Virus record (IMG/VR): IMGVR_UViG_3300037067_002687
Span: 6,734 to 70,733 of that record
Length of the DNA stretch: 64,000 nucleotides
Direction: 5' to 3' (one strand)
Source: a virus
Lineage: Duplodnaviria > Caudoviricetes
Part shown: piece by piece, positions 24,274-35,400 of the stretch
How the letters are laid out: the number at the start of each line of letters is the position of its first letter
Position numbering within the stretch: the stretch's first letter is position 1
Notes under the pieces: generated by a model
Databases searched by the model: none
Seen by the model: the letters and a program-made list of their open reading frames with translations, nothing else
Told to the model about the DNA's origin: nothing
Made by a program: the position numbers and the translations under genes

Positions 24274-24738
24274 CTATTTCGCCCAAACGCAATCAGGCGA
24301 GTTTTTCAGGATAACGTAATCTCGAAACTCCTCCTCCATCTCATTGGCGGTTGTCGGCTTACTGGGAGTCTGCCGCTCACCGCAATTCCTCCAAAACGCG
24401 ACGACCTCGCACGTGCGCAGTATCACGTCACGGTCCGCTGGGACGTCGTGTGTAACCAGCATAACGAGGGTCTCCTTGCCTGCTGCCCTTGCATCAGCGG
24501 CAATCCTGGAAATGCAAAGCGACTGTCCAACGCCCATCTCCTTCCTGCCGAGCTTAACTTCCGTAATGGCCAAACCTTTGTTTCCAACGTCGCTGACCTT
24601 ATCTAGGTCCGTGCCGCGTAGAGCCATGCCGGAAAAGTCGATAAGCTGCCTAGCGCGCTCCTTGTTCTGGATTGGAAGGAAATCCGGGCCTGTCGCGTTA
24701 GTTCCGTCTGGATTCAAAATGCTCGTCTCGATGCTCAT
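24274..24738 (-). CDS. PD-(D/E)xK-like protein
   Basis: RARQLIDFSG...TDLD...ITEVK...GQ pattern. Confidence 0.55.
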   Translation of the reverse strand: MSIETSILNPDGTNATGPDFLPIQNKERARQLIDFSGMALRGTDLDKVSDVGNKGLAITEVKLGRKEMGVGQSLCISRIAADARAAGKETLVMLVTHDVPADRDVILRTCEVVAFWRNCGERQTPSKPTTANEMEEEFRDYVILKNSPDCVWAK

Positions 24739-25136
24739 GTAATCTCCCTTACTCGGATTCCCCAGGTTTTCTCCCCGGCCACGCCGGGTTTATCGACGTT
24801 GTAATCCACGTAGAGCGTTATCGTCTTGCCCTTCCATTCACTGGCCACGGTGCCATAAGCAATGACGATGGGCCGTCGTTTCTTGGCCCCTAGAATCAAC
24901 TCCTTGGCGAACTCCTTATCGCCGTGTTTGAGTACCAAAGTAAACAGGTCGGTCTTGTTCTTTTTGCCATCCTGAAACGTCACCGTGCCGATAGCGTACC
25001 GCTTGCATTTGACAATCTCGACCGCCAAGTCGCCCAGGCCGGCAATGTCTTCGGCGCCCAACCAGCGGTTGTCTGCCCGCATGGCCGAGGTTCGCCCATT
25101 AAACTCCTCGCCGTCCGTTGCTTTCGCCATCATCAA
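24735..25136 (-). CDS. putative ssDNA-binding/annealing protein
   Basis: WLGAEDI...WKGKTITLY...GIRV pattern; directly downstream of the RecE-like nuclease. Confidence 0.45.
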   Translation of the reverse strand: MMMAKATDGEEFNGRTSAMRADNRWLGAEDIAGLGDLAVEIVKCKRYAIGTVTFQDGKKNKTDLFTLVLKHGDKEFAKELILGAKKRRPIVIAYGTVASEWKGKTITLYVDYNVDKPGVAGEKTWGIRVREIT

Positions 25137-25150
25137 TCCTCCGTGTTGTT

Positions 25151-26050
25151 TTAGTCCGCGTCGTCCGCTCCTTCGATGTCGTCCTCGTCGTCCATTTCCC
25201 AGTTAGGAGTCTCCAAGACCCCAAGGTCGTCGCCGACGGTTCCGGGCCATGACTTCGCGTCGAGGCAATGGCGGAGTTGGGCAAAGACCGGCATGATTTT
25301 ATTGACGCCACGCTCTAGGACGGGGTCCGGGACGGGCATAATGACAATGTCGTGCGGCTCCGTCTTTTCGAGCCAGATAATCTCGACGGGGCACGGAGCG
25401 CTAATGCCGCGCTTCTTCATGGCGGCGCGCAACCAGCGCTGGTAGAGGCCCAGCTTGATGTCGTAGTGGTACTTGTAGAAGTCCCTGGAGTAGGCCCGCT
25501 TGTCGATGTCCTTGCAGGTCTTCAGGTCGATGATGCGCATACCGCCCGGCGCATCAAAGGGCGTGACCCAATCCATGCGTCCGCGGCATTGGATGTCCCC
25601 CTCGTGCCCAAAGACGGTGACTTCGGGCTGCCCAGCAGAAATAATCGACTGAACGCCCGGATGCGTCACAAAGCGTTGTGCGGCCTTCAGGGCGGAAGCG
25701 TACTTCTTCTCTTCCAGGATTTCAAACCCGGACTCGATGCACTCGGCATGGAAGTCGTCATAGGCTCGACCGGCGCGCCGGCCATTCCAGGTGGTGTACC
25801 GGCAGGCAAAGTCCTTGTGTTCAAAGAGAAGGCAATGGACGGCTCTACCCCAGAGGAAATCGTCGGTGTCGGGCCTGCTGTAGTTCCAGGAGTGGAGCAA
25901 GTGCAGCATGGACTTGCACCCGGAGACGATGGTGCTGGGGTTCATGGCCACCTGTTTCAGGTAGTCTTTCCAGGATACCGTCTCGAAGACGTCCACGATG
26001 GGCGCCTTGCCCTCGGGGATGATTATCTCGGATATGTCGGGCCTGTCCAC
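25151..26050 (-). CDS. RecE/exonuclease VIII-like PD-(D/E)xK nuclease
   Basis: WGRAVHCLLFE...CRGRMDWV...IIDLKT...Y.Y...LY; GTG start after GGAGG. Confidence 0.85.
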   Translation of the reverse strand: MDRPDISEIIIPEGKAPIVDVFETVSWKDYLKQVAMNPSTIVSGCKSMLHLLHSWNYSRPDTDDFLWGRAVHCLLFEHKDFACRYTTWNGRRAGRAYDDFHAECIESGFEILEEKKYASALKAAQRFVTHPGVQSIISAGQPEVTVFGHEGDIQCRGRMDWVTPFDAPGGMRIIDLKTCKDIDKRAYSRDFYKYHYDIKLGLYQRWLRAAMKKRGISAPCPVEIIWLEKTEPHDIVIMPVPDPVLERGVNKIMPVFAQLRHCLDAKSWPGTVGDDLGVLETPNWEMDDEDDIEGADDAD

Positions 26051-26081
26051 GCGAAATCCTCCATTTTGTCGCTGGGTCAAA

Positions 26082-26096
26082 CTGACAAGTTGTCAG
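26082..26096. promoter_or_regulatory. operator copy 4 (CTGACAAGTTGTCAG)
   Basis: Perfect 7-1-7 palindrome upstream of the recombination operon; no clear -35/-10 found. Confidence 0.75.
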
Positions 26097-26103
26097 CTAA
26101 TGG

Positions 26104-26280
26104 TTAGTGCTTAAAGCCGCGCGCGTTCTTGGCGAAGTTCGCTTCCTTTCGTAAAGCGGGCGGGTACTTCCCCTTGGGTGCCGCCATGATGCGGTCGGCG
26201 TATCCGGACACCGTCGAGCCGGCTCTCTTGGCCGCGGCGGTGAACTTCCCCTTATTCTCGGCTTTGATGTGAATCGCCAT
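26104..26280 (-). CDS. 58-aa basic phage protein MAIHIKAENKGKFTAAAKRAG...RKEANFAKNARGFKH
   Basis: Hand-translated, below ORF cutoff; IHIK.EN.GKFT...ANFA.NA pattern recalled from other phage proteins. Confidence 0.7.
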   Translation of the reverse strand: MAIHIKAENKGKFTAAAKRAGSTVSGYADRIMAAPKGKYPPALRKEANFAKNARGFKH

Positions 26281-26283
26281 GAA

Positions 26284-26523
26284 TTACCCCTTATTGTCGT
26301 CAGGCGCAGCCAGCTTAGCGGCGCAGTGCATACGCAATCCCGTGATGGCGTCCGTCAACTTGTCGATGGCGGAGCCGAACCTCCAGACCATGAGGGCGGC
26401 GAGGCCGATGCCCGTGATGTTCGAGACCCAATTCATCGGCCCCTCGGGGACCGCTTGTCCGAACAGGACGCACGATACCGCCGACACTCCCAGTAAACCA
26501 TCCATGGTCATAATTAGCTCCAA
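26284..26523 (-). CDS. holin-like small membrane protein
   Basis: 79 aa, hydrophobic segment(s) followed by an amphipathic helix. Confidence 0.5.
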   Translation of the reverse strand: MELIMTMDGLLGVSAVSCVLFGQAVPEGPMNWVSNITGIGLAALMVWRFGSAIDKLTDAITGLRMHCAAKLAAPDDNKG

Positions 26524-26530
26524 AGGTTGA

Positions 26531-26545
26531 GTGACAAGTTGTCAG
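26531..26545. promoter_or_regulatory. operator copy 5 (GTGACAAGTTGTCAG)
   Basis: Intergenic, between terminator and holin-like gene. Confidence 0.75.
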
Positions 26546-26557
26546 TAAATGTGTTTT

Positions 26558-26599
26558 AAGAAAACCCGCCCGTGGCAGTGTGTCTGCACCACGGGCGGG
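26558..26599 (-). terminator. intrinsic terminator
   Basis: 11-bp CCCGCCCGTGG/CCACGGGCGGG stem followed on - strand by TTTTCTT. Confidence 0.85.
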
Positions 26600-26631
26600 C
26601 ACCGTTGCAAAGGGAGAAGTCCGTTACGCCC

Positions 26632-27018
26632 TTAACGACGTAGGCTTACAACACGAGCGGCCTTAATGGCAACCCGCCCCGTTAGCCGTAGCGCGCGCTG
26701 TCCAACCTTCAAAGGGAGTTTCATCACCGCCTTGGCACACTTCAACAGGGGTCGCTTGGCGGCCTTCTCTTTCTCGGGACTATTGCAAGTAGCATCCACG
26801 GGCGCACAAGCTGAGGGAATCGTAACCTCGCTGCAAGCCGGAGGAATGGTCGTATCGACCGACGGCGCCGGAGGCGGTGTCTTGTCTTTGGCGACCAGGA
26901 TGCACGGGCACACGTCCGCCTTGGCGTCTGTGCCGTAACAAGAGCCAATCAGGAAGATGCCTCCCAGGGCGACGGTAGCCACGAGAAACACAAGCAGAAC
27001 TCGATTCAAGCCACGCAT
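26632..27018 (-). CDS. exported/membrane-anchored Cys- and Pro-rich protein with basic tail
   Basis: N-terminal signal/TM helix; AGGAGG RBS. Confidence 0.65.
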   Translation of the reverse strand: MRGLNRVLLVFLVATVALGGIFLIGSCYGTDAKADVCPCILVAKDKTPPPAPSVDTTIPPACSEVTIPSACAPVDATCNSPEKEKAAKRPLLKCAKAVMKLPLKVGQRALRLTGRVAIKAARVVSLRR

Positions 27019-27059
27019 TGGAAACCTCCTACTGTGAAAGGCCGGCTCAGCCGGCGGAC

Positions 27060-27374
27060 CTATTTCTCCCCGGCTCTCTTGCTGGGGACCATAATGCGAA
27101 TCTCAATGTACCCCTGAAACCGTGCGTCCTCTAGCATTTCCTTGATGGCTTCCACGACCTTTCCGATGTCCATGATGCCGCCAAGTTCTGTGTCAGGCGA
27201 ACGCTTGTACTCCAATCTCAAGGGAACGCTCTTAGCGAACGTTGGCTTCCTTTTCGATTCCGGGAAAAGTTTCCACCCGGCAACACGAAAGAAAACCGGA
27301 CCAAACAGGACAATGGCCATGGTCACAATGATGATTGTGATGCCGCCGGCCAGCTTCATCGACGCATAGTCCAT
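27060..27374 (-). CDS. membrane protein
   Basis: N-terminal TM helix ITIIIVTMAIVLFGPVFF. Confidence 0.6.
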   Translation of the reverse strand: MDYASMKLAGGITIIIVTMAIVLFGPVFFRVAGWKLFPESKRKPTFAKSVPLRLEYKRSPDTELGGIMDIGKVVEAIKEMLEDARFQGYIEIRIMVPSKRAGEK

Positions 27375-27376
27375 GA

Positions 27377-28210
27377 TTACAACTCCTTCGGTGGTGCCGG
27401 GTCATCGCCACCAGCCACCACAAATCGGCACGCCCAACCGTCCGTGAAGTCGGCTGGAGCAAAATAAGCCTCGGGAATGACGTAGTAACCGAAGTACCCG
27501 AACGAGGAGGACCAGGAACCGTGGGTCAGCAGGCCCCACTCGCCATTGACGTAGCAAACGCCGCAAGGGACGGAACACTGCGCGTGTCCACCGGACGAGC
27601 CACGCGGTCGGCCAATCCATAGACCCGTATCGTCCACGTCGTAGTTCCTTCCGCAATTCAATCCGTGCTGGACGGCCCAACCTCGGTCGAGTGCCGTCAG
27701 CATGGAATCGAAATCGGGGCAGTCGCAGGCTGCCAGGATTTTCCCGGTCTTGGCGGTGAGCTTCTCGTGCTCCGTCCAGGGGGACTGGTAGTCCATTTCC
27801 TGCTCACGGCTTTCCTTGACGGGTATGCCGTACTGCACGGCGTACTTGAGGTTGTCGGATAGCGTCGAGCCGTTGTCCTCTCCGTGACCTGAGTAGAGAT
27901 AGAGGCGGCCAGCAGCGCGGGGCTCAACTAATCCGCCGGCGTAGTGGTCGCATTGATGAACCGTTTCGGCCGCCGAGAAGGCACCACAAGCGCCAGCGCC
28001 GTTCTGGTCAAGGTCAAAAGACCAGGCGCGTTGGCGGTCCACGTAATCGCGAATCTGCGCGTTGGTCGTCATCGGTCGCAGTTGGTCGCGCTTCAGCACG
28101 GGAAACTGGTCCGCGAACACCTTAAACAACTGCCCTACGCCCACCGTCCGTGGGAGGCAAGCCAGTATCCGCTCCTCGCCGCCGCGGTGAATCGTATCAA
28201 AACTCGCCAT
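27377..28210 (-). CDS. papain-like (C1) cysteine peptidase
   Basis: QNGAGACGAFS (Gln/Cys), GGHAQ (His), HGSW..SFGYFGY (normally NSWG..WG..GY). Confidence 0.8.
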   Translation of the reverse strand: MASFDTIHRGGEERILACLPRTVGVGQLFKVFADQFPVLKRDQLRPMTTNAQIRDYVDRQRAWSFDLDQNGAGACGAFSAAETVHQCDHYAGGLVEPRAAGRLYLYSGHGEDNGSTLSDNLKYAVQYGIPVKESREQEMDYQSPWTEHEKLTAKTGKILAACDCPDFDSMLTALDRGWAVQHGLNCGRNYDVDDTGLWIGRPRGSSGGHAQCSVPCGVCYVNGEWGLLTHGSWSSSFGYFGYYVIPEAYFAPADFTDGWACRFVVAGGDDPAPPKEL

Positions 28211-28211
28211 G

Positions 28212-28997
28212 CTAGCCTCCATACTTCTTGACAAGGGTGATGATGGATTCGACGGTGTCGGAATCCGAAATCGCGTGGGTCTCCAGGGTCTTGCCGTCTT
28301 CGCCGACAATGGACAAGACGGGCCTATTGTCGCCTCCCTTGTTCCAGGAGTCAATGAACCGCTCGAAACCCTTCGGCTTTGCGCCGCTCTGGTCGGTCTG
28401 CGACCTGTCGAGACGCTTGTACCTGCCATCCTGGAAAGCGTTGGCGTACTCCTGCACGGCGGACTCCAGCGATGTGATGGAGGAGGTTCGCGTTAAGCTG
28501 TTCTCCACAATGACCAACCAGACCTTTTGGACAGTAGGCGTGGGTCCTGGGTCTGGCGGTGGAGGATTAGGGCCCGGAGGAACGTCCCCCACGGTGATTT
28601 CTGTTTCGGTCTTAACGACGGAATCCTTACCGGGAGAGTAGATGCCTATCATGTACCGTCCGGGATTCTTCGCCATGAAGAAAACGACAAGCTCGTTTTT
28701 CCAGGTGGTTGCCGGAAGGAACATGGCGCCATCGCGAGGGTAGTACGTCGTGGCCGACTTCTGGACTTGGTCAAGCGTTAGTCCGCTAATCGACAGGGTC
28801 AGTAGCTCCCCAGCGTTGATTTTGGCGGAATCGTTCGTAACCCTCGAATGGACCTGCACGCTACGGTGTGCGGTCAAGCTGGGCGTTGCCGCGTCCTTGG
28901 CGAACAAGGGAAGGGCGATATTGGTGATGCCGGCCGCAATCACACTCAACGCAACGACCGTGCCACATAGAACCGAGAATGTTGTCTTGCGAGCCAT
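28212..28997 (-). CDS. exported protein: signal/TM, beta-domain, Pro linker, thioredoxin-like C-domain
   Basis: Hydrophobic N-terminus, PPGPNPPPPDPGPTP linker; AAGGAGG RBS; fold assignment is a guess. Confidence 0.65.
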   Translation of the reverse strand: MARKTTFSVLCGTVVALSVIAAGITNIALPLFAKDAATPSLTAHRSVQVHSRVTNDSAKINAGELLTLSISGLTLDQVQKSATTYYPRDGAMFLPATTWKNELVVFFMAKNPGRYMIGIYSPGKDSVVKTETEITVGDVPPGPNPPPPDPGPTPTVQKVWLVIVENSLTRTSSITSLESAVQEYANAFQDGRYKRLDRSQTDQSGAKPKGFERFIDSWNKGGDNRPVLSIVGEDGKTLETHAISDSDTVESIITLVKKYGG

Positions 28998-29088
28998 GAG
29001 ATAACGCCTCCTTACGTTTGTGAGAAATGACTCCGGACGGCCCGCCTAAAGCCAAAAAGGGAGCCGGTCCGGAGTGACCCAATGCCAA

Positions 29089-29328
29089 CTAGCTAATCGT
29101 CGGCTCCGGCGCCGGGTCCACCTTCGGGGTGAGAAGGGAAAGGAAGAACGGCGCATACTTAATGAACAACTCAATCGCGGCCGGCGCCTTGGACATCAGC
29201 CATGCAAAGAACTGATTGTCGCCGATAGCTTCGACGGGAATGCCGGTTTCCTCCGACATCTTAGCCAACAGCATCGCGTGATTCTCGGGCTCTCGTTCCT
29301 TGGCAGCAGCCAATAGGGCTAAACTCAT
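29089..29328 (-). CDS. hypothetical protein (79 aa)
   Basis: AAGGAGG RBS; first gene after promoter 29398-29426. Confidence 0.65.
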   Translation of the reverse strand: MSLALLAAAKEREPENHAMLLAKMSEETGIPVEAIGDNQFFAWLMSKAPAAIELFIKYAPFFLSLLTPKVDPAPEPTIS

Positions 29329-29397
29329 GTTCGTAACCTCCTTGAAGTATTGTTACTTTCCGGACGGAATCAAGTGCCATCCGGCGTCATGGGCGGC

Positions 29398-29450
29398 ATT
29401 ATAGCACTAAGGCGATTCGATGTCAATACCGTTTTTTGACAATTTGTCAG
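29398..29450 (-). promoter_or_regulatory. consensus sigma70 promoter + operator copy 6 (TTGACAATTTGTCAG, 29436-29450)
   Basis: - strand TTGACA (29426-29421), 17 bp, TATAAT (29403-29398) with TG; operator ~10 bp upstream of -35, inside the last codons of the giant gene. Confidence 0.85.
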
Positions 29451-32400
29451 ATTTCGGATTATTTCCTGTTTTGAGGCTATTCGCCATGTCAATCAGGGCC
29501 TTTCGGTCTTCCGGCTTCTGCTTGCGGACTATGCGCGACCTCACCAGAGGACGTAGCGATAAACGCTCCTCCTGGGTGGCTTCTTTCCAGACGAGCTTCA
29601 ATTCCTGCGTCGATAGGTTCCGCGCCCTCCATTGCAGGTCCGTCATTTGCCCCTTCTTACGGAGATTCACGGCTTCACGATGCGAAATGTCGCCGGACTT
29701 CAAAAGCCCGCTCACCGCCTCAGTGCCAGCCTTGACGTCGCCCTTGCGGAAGGCCGCGAGGGCCGGCTGCTTAGCCTCAATCTTATGGCGTTCGTCCTCG
29801 GTGATACCGGACCCTAGTTTATTCGTCAGCAGCGTCTTGGCAAGCTCCCCAGCGGCCGTGGTGGGCTGTGCCATGGTCGTAACACCATAGCTGCGAACGG
29901 CTTGCTCTAAAATGGCCTTATCGGCGTCCTCCTTGGGTGTTCCTGATACCTCGACCCCAAACAGGCGCGCGAGGGACTTGCCGACACCGTACATGAGCGG
30001 GTTTTGTGCCTCCATGGCGGCGCGGGTGTTTTCGACCTTCTGGGCCATCCCGCCCTCGGGGATTCGTTCCGCTTCCATCTGGCCCCGCATGTCCATGAAT
30101 TGACTTCCAGTCAGGGCTTTCGATAGGAACCCAATCCCAGGACCCGTGAAGGGGTGCATGACGGTCTGTATCGTCTCCGTCAGCATGTCTCCCATGACTT
30201 GATTGGCGTTCCTGCCCTGTTGGACGTCCCGCATCAAGGAACGCAACCCAAGCGACCGTAGGCCGCGTGACAGGCCCTCCACCTGGAAGATGTCCAGGAT
30301 TTTCCGGCGGCCCTTTTCGTCGTCGCCGAGGTCGATAGAGCCTAGCGGTGTTCCGGGTCGTCCAAAGGGGCTTCCGCTGTTCATGTAGTTGGCGATAGCG
30401 GCCATGGTGGGTATTAGCGCCAGCTTGGAAAGCTGCACTAGGCGTGCCTCGGTGGCGGCGGCCTTTGATGCTGCCTCGAATCCCGGATTTCCTAAGACGG
30501 CGCGCCGCGCAACGCGATTCATGGTCTTGCCGGCCACAATGAAAGGCGAGAGGCCGTAATCGCGCAAGTTCTGTTCAACCTTCCCCATGACGCGCCGGTT
30601 GTAGACGCCAAGCTGATTGATGAAGTCGCGGCGATTGCCTGGAGTGTCCTTGGCGGAACCGCGCTTCACGAGGTTCGTGAAGAAGTCGTCAAGCACAAGA
30701 CGGCTGGCGGTGTCGATGGCATGGATGGCCTTGGCACCCGGCCACTTCGTTTGATAGGCGGGGCGGATGGCGCCAATCTTCGCAAGCTCGGCGGTGCGGG
30801 CCACAACGTCCGGAGTCTGATTGACAACGTCCGACATCTTCCGGACGATGCGTACCGCGGAGTCGGCTCCGGAAAGGAACGGAATCTTCCGGAGAACGTC
30901 ACTCAAGGTGGACTCTGCGCCTTGCGAGTTGGTGATGGTTCGCCAGAGGTTGAGACTATGGCTGACGGCGTCGGCCTGACTGAGGAGTTGCACCTTCGTC
31001 AGGATGTCGGCCCACCATAATGGATTTCCCTTCATGTCCGTGTTGAGGATGCGTTTCGTTTCCCCGACCAAGTCGTTCCGCACCCAGATAGCCCCGCGCT
31101 CATTGATGTGCGTCTGAAGCGTCTCGGGGTCCGTCACTGGCAGGTCAACCGGGATTCGCTCGTATCCCTCGGGTCCCTTGAACTCGAATCTCCTACCCGC
31201 TTGGCGCGGAGGCTCCAGGACCGCGACACGTGAATCCACCAAGGATTGGTAGAACCGTACTTTCGTTGCTTGATTGTACCGTGGGCCGACCACCGCCATG
31301 AGGTTGGTCTCCAGGTCGTTCGAGTATTCCCCGGTTCCCTTGGCTCTCCGCATGTAGGAGTCTCGACGAACGTCTGGATTTCGGTGGGCCCCTGCGCCAG
31401 CGCCGGACCCTTGCGGCATGGGATTGGTGTTATTCTCTCTGAACTCGCCCCACTTGGCCGCGCGGTCTAAGGTCAGCAGGTTGATTCTAGCGTCCGTATG
31501 CCTCCCACGACCGTCCTGCGGCGTGTCCTTATCGAGCATCTTCACTTCATTGTAAAGCTCGTTTAGGTATGGGTTTACGTGCGTTTTCCATAGCTCAACC
31601 TGCTCGGTAATTTTCGGGTCATTCAGCTTCTCCTGGACGAACGCATCTAAGGCGTCCAGGTCGTGAGTTTCCTTAATGTCCTCGGCCCACTTCATGTGGC
31701 CGGACGAGAGGGAGGCGTCGTAAATCCCGAGAATGTTGTCGGCATTTAAGACGTCAGCCACGTCGGCCATTTCCTTTTTGGAAGGCTTGTTGCCGAACAC
31801 CTTTTGCAACAGGTCAGCCACGATGGGTCTTGCCGCCTGGGAAGCATAGGCATGACTGAACGCCGCATCACGAACTGACGAGGTAGTCCGGGATAGTTTC
31901 GGAAGGTGCGAGTTGCCGAACAGGTCCCGAATCTGGTCGGCGTGGTTCTTGAAGGCACCGCCAAGCTCAACACTGGGAAGCATAGCCGGCATGACGGACC
32001 CGTAGACGCGCGTGGAATCTTCGCCGTTGTCGTCCGGTGGAGGCGACGTGTACTTCGGCGGTTTGGGTGGACCCTTCCCGCTGCCTCCAGCATCAGACCA
32101 GTCGCGCACTTGCGGACCCTCGGGTTTCGGCGCCTCGGCGGTTGGTATCGTCTCGCCGACAATCTTCCGGGCGGTCTCGCGGTTGGACTCTGCCTGTAGG
32201 GAGGTAATCCGCATCAGAGCATCAATCGCCGCCTGTTGCCGGTCGGGCTCTGTGACGTAAAGTTCCATCTTGATGCCGCCACGACTGACAAACTCATTGT
32301 TGGCTGCTTCCTGAAGCGGCTTGTTGAGGAAGTAGGCTCCACCAGTCCTCTTGGAGATAGGAACCCGCACGACAAGGATACCGTTGGACTTCATCACGGA

Positions 32401-35400
32401 AACAACATGGTCTGGGCTGGTGAGCGTAATCCCTGCCTCGACAGCTTCCATGGAGTGCGAAGACTTCGACATGACAATCGGCTTGTTCTTGGCCCACTGC
32501 TGGACGTCGAAGTTCTTGGGTAGAAGCAATCCCCTCTGGATGTTCCCCTTATTGTCGGTGAAGAAGGTGGGCTGAGCGCGGACGCCCTCCAGCTTCCCAG
32601 CGGCGGCAATGACGTTCCCGGTGGCGATGTAACGCTTCTCGCGGGACGTTGTTCGGGCATCGTCGAATTGCTTCAGGACTCCGTCGAAGTCGGAGTAGCT
32701 AGGACGTAGGGCTGGGTCCGCCACGGCAATCTGTGATACGGGTATCTTGACAACGCGGGTCGAATCGGCGAGGGCCACCTCGACCGTCCAGGCGGAAGGC
32801 GCCGATGGGTTCTTGGCCTTCCCTGTTCGAGAGAACCCCAGGACGATGCCGTCAATCCCTCCGTCCATGGTGTCGTAGGTGATAGTCGTGCCCGGCGCAA
32901 GCTGACGCATCGCACCCGTTACCTTGTCGAAGTAGGTGGACATCGACTGTCGGCGGGCATTCCTTGTGTCCGGGTCCACAACACCCTCTAACTGTGAATC
33001 CAGGTACTCGATTGTCGATTTCCTGAGCGTCTCGTAGGATTCCTTCGTCCAGGACTTACGATTATCGGGGTCCGACATATCCCCCTGCTTCCCACCAGAA
33101 GCCTTTAGCCTCTTCTTGATTTCCTTGGACGACATCGACTGTCCAACCTTCTTGGCGTCCACCTCATCGACATAGGCGGAATGCTCGAAGGGATTATCCG
33201 ATTCGTCGTTCCCGTCCGCAATCTTGAAACGTGACGTCGTCTTCGCTTCGAGCGGTAGCGTTTTCGCTTCCAAGGGGTTCTGCCCGGACTGCTCAAGCTC
33301 CTCGATTTTGGAGTTAAACATGGCCGTGACGTCGTCCCAGAAGGCTTGCTGCATCTCGACCGGAAGAAGCGCCACGCGACCACTGAGCTTACGGGCTACG
33401 GCGCCAGGGTCGCCAGCCGATACCTGCTTGCGTAGGACATCGTCCGAAAGGGGGCTGCCTATCATGTGATGCGCGTCGGAGTTTTCAGAGAACCAGCGAA
33501 TGATGGCCTCGTCACCAATCTTATTGATGATGTCCGGCACGTTGAAGTTGATGGCGCTTTCCGCATTGGCGGTTACGTTGGCGTTGAGGTTCCTGAGCTT
33601 CTTGGTTAGCGTTGCGGCCGGGCGAAGTTCCGCGGGCACGTCCGTCATGGGAAGCACGTACATCGGCATGTTGGTCTGGCCGTTGACTTCGCGAATCTGT
33701 CCTGTCCGGTTGATGCGCCCGAGAATCTGCATGAACTCGTCAATGTTCTTAGCGGCCTGCGCCACCAGCATGACGCGGCGTTTCTGTCCGGCTACCGGGT
33801 TCTTTTCGCTGGCGTGGGCGCTAATGCCTTCGGCCGACGAACGGTTTCCTATGATGACGTCCACGGTTCCATCGTTGAATCCGGCAACACTGGCAAGTTT
33901 TCCTTGACTCCCGACTTCAGTATCGGGCCTGTTCGTCAGGATGGCGCTCCCGTCCGCTCTGTAGTCTATGACCATCTGACGGCCGGTGATTTCTTTGACG
34001 TTCATGCCGGCTTGGCGCATCTTGTAAATCATGCGGTCAATCGGAGAGGCCGTAACGCCCTTCTCGAACTTGTTGATAAGCCCTTGCGTCTTCTCAAATA
34101 GCTGCAAGGCGACTGGACCTAACTCCTCATCGGTCAATTGCCGACGCTCCCAAGTGGACTTGTCGTCCTTGTCGCCCTTGAGCGTGATTCGGCGGCTACG
34201 GTCTAGGTACTTCTGCAACAGGTCGCGGAAGTCGATGTCAATCTTGTCTCCGGCGTTCAACTCGTTCTGGTCGGCGTACCCTTGAAGGACCGATTCTAAA
34301 GTGTTGTCCACCGCTACAAAAACCGCCTTGCCTTCCTTCCAGTGCTGAATCGCTTCGTCGGCGACGACATCCGCCTTGGAGGCAAAAATCATCTGGTCCA
34401 CCAGATTCCATAGGATAGAGGAGAATTGCGTACTCTCCACCCCGGCGTTTCCCACCGCATTGTCGGCGGATAGCATTCCGCCTTGGCTGACAATCGTGGA
34501 TTCCACCGCTTCCATGGACTCCTCTTTCGCACGGTCGAAGTCGTTGATGGAGCGGAAAATCTCCGTCATGCTGTCGATTTTGGAGAGGTCGGTCGGAATT
34601 ACCTTTTGGTGGAAGTCAATTCCATCCCAGGACTGCTCCAGGCGTGTTAGGTATCCGCCCTCGGTCATCATTTCCGAGGCCATTTGCTGTCCAGGGATTC
34701 CGAGCTTATGGAAGATTTCCGGCAGCTTCTTCGGGTCATCGACGGCGGCGCCCAGTCCGGACCGGAAGTAGAGGTCAAGCACTCCAGGATGCTTCGCCCA
34801 GGTCGCCGTGGAGTAGGCTACGCCGGCCGCATCGCCCACGAGGGTACGCGCGAACTCAGCGCGATTCTCCAGGTGGTTTTTGGCGGCGCGGTCGTTTGTG
34901 CCACCACCGCCAGCGTTATGGGCTTCGTCCGAAATCACGAACGAGTTTGACGCTAGGGAGCGCAGGAAGTTCCTTCGCCAGGGTTCGGACTTTGCGACGG
35001 TCTGAATCTGAGGGTAGGTCGTGAAAATCGCGTCGAACGTAACGGACTTCCCGTTCACCTTGGCGGTCAGACCCTTGCCTTTCAGGTAGTTCTTGGCGGC
35101 CTCTTGACAGATACGCTTCGCCTCTTCGCCGGTCTGACTGATAACGCGGCCATCACTTAGCTTGACTTTAGACCGGCCAGAGAAATCGCCAGTGGCAAGG
35201 AACGTGAACGGCTTCTCGGGAGTGTTCAGCCCGACCTCCGTCATGGCGTCAATTTGTGACGAAAGCAAGTCCGGGGACTTCGTCAGGAACAGAGGAATCA
35301 GAGACTTACGCTTGGCGTATTCCATGATTCCGGCAATGATGCGTCCCTTGCCAAAGCCTGTCTGGTGTCCAATGACGGTGGCTAACCCTTTTTCATGGTT

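Noticed and set aside
25352-26107. 251-aa + strand ORF (also 15665-16384 and 17123-17839)
   Set aside because: Antisense to well-supported - strand genes
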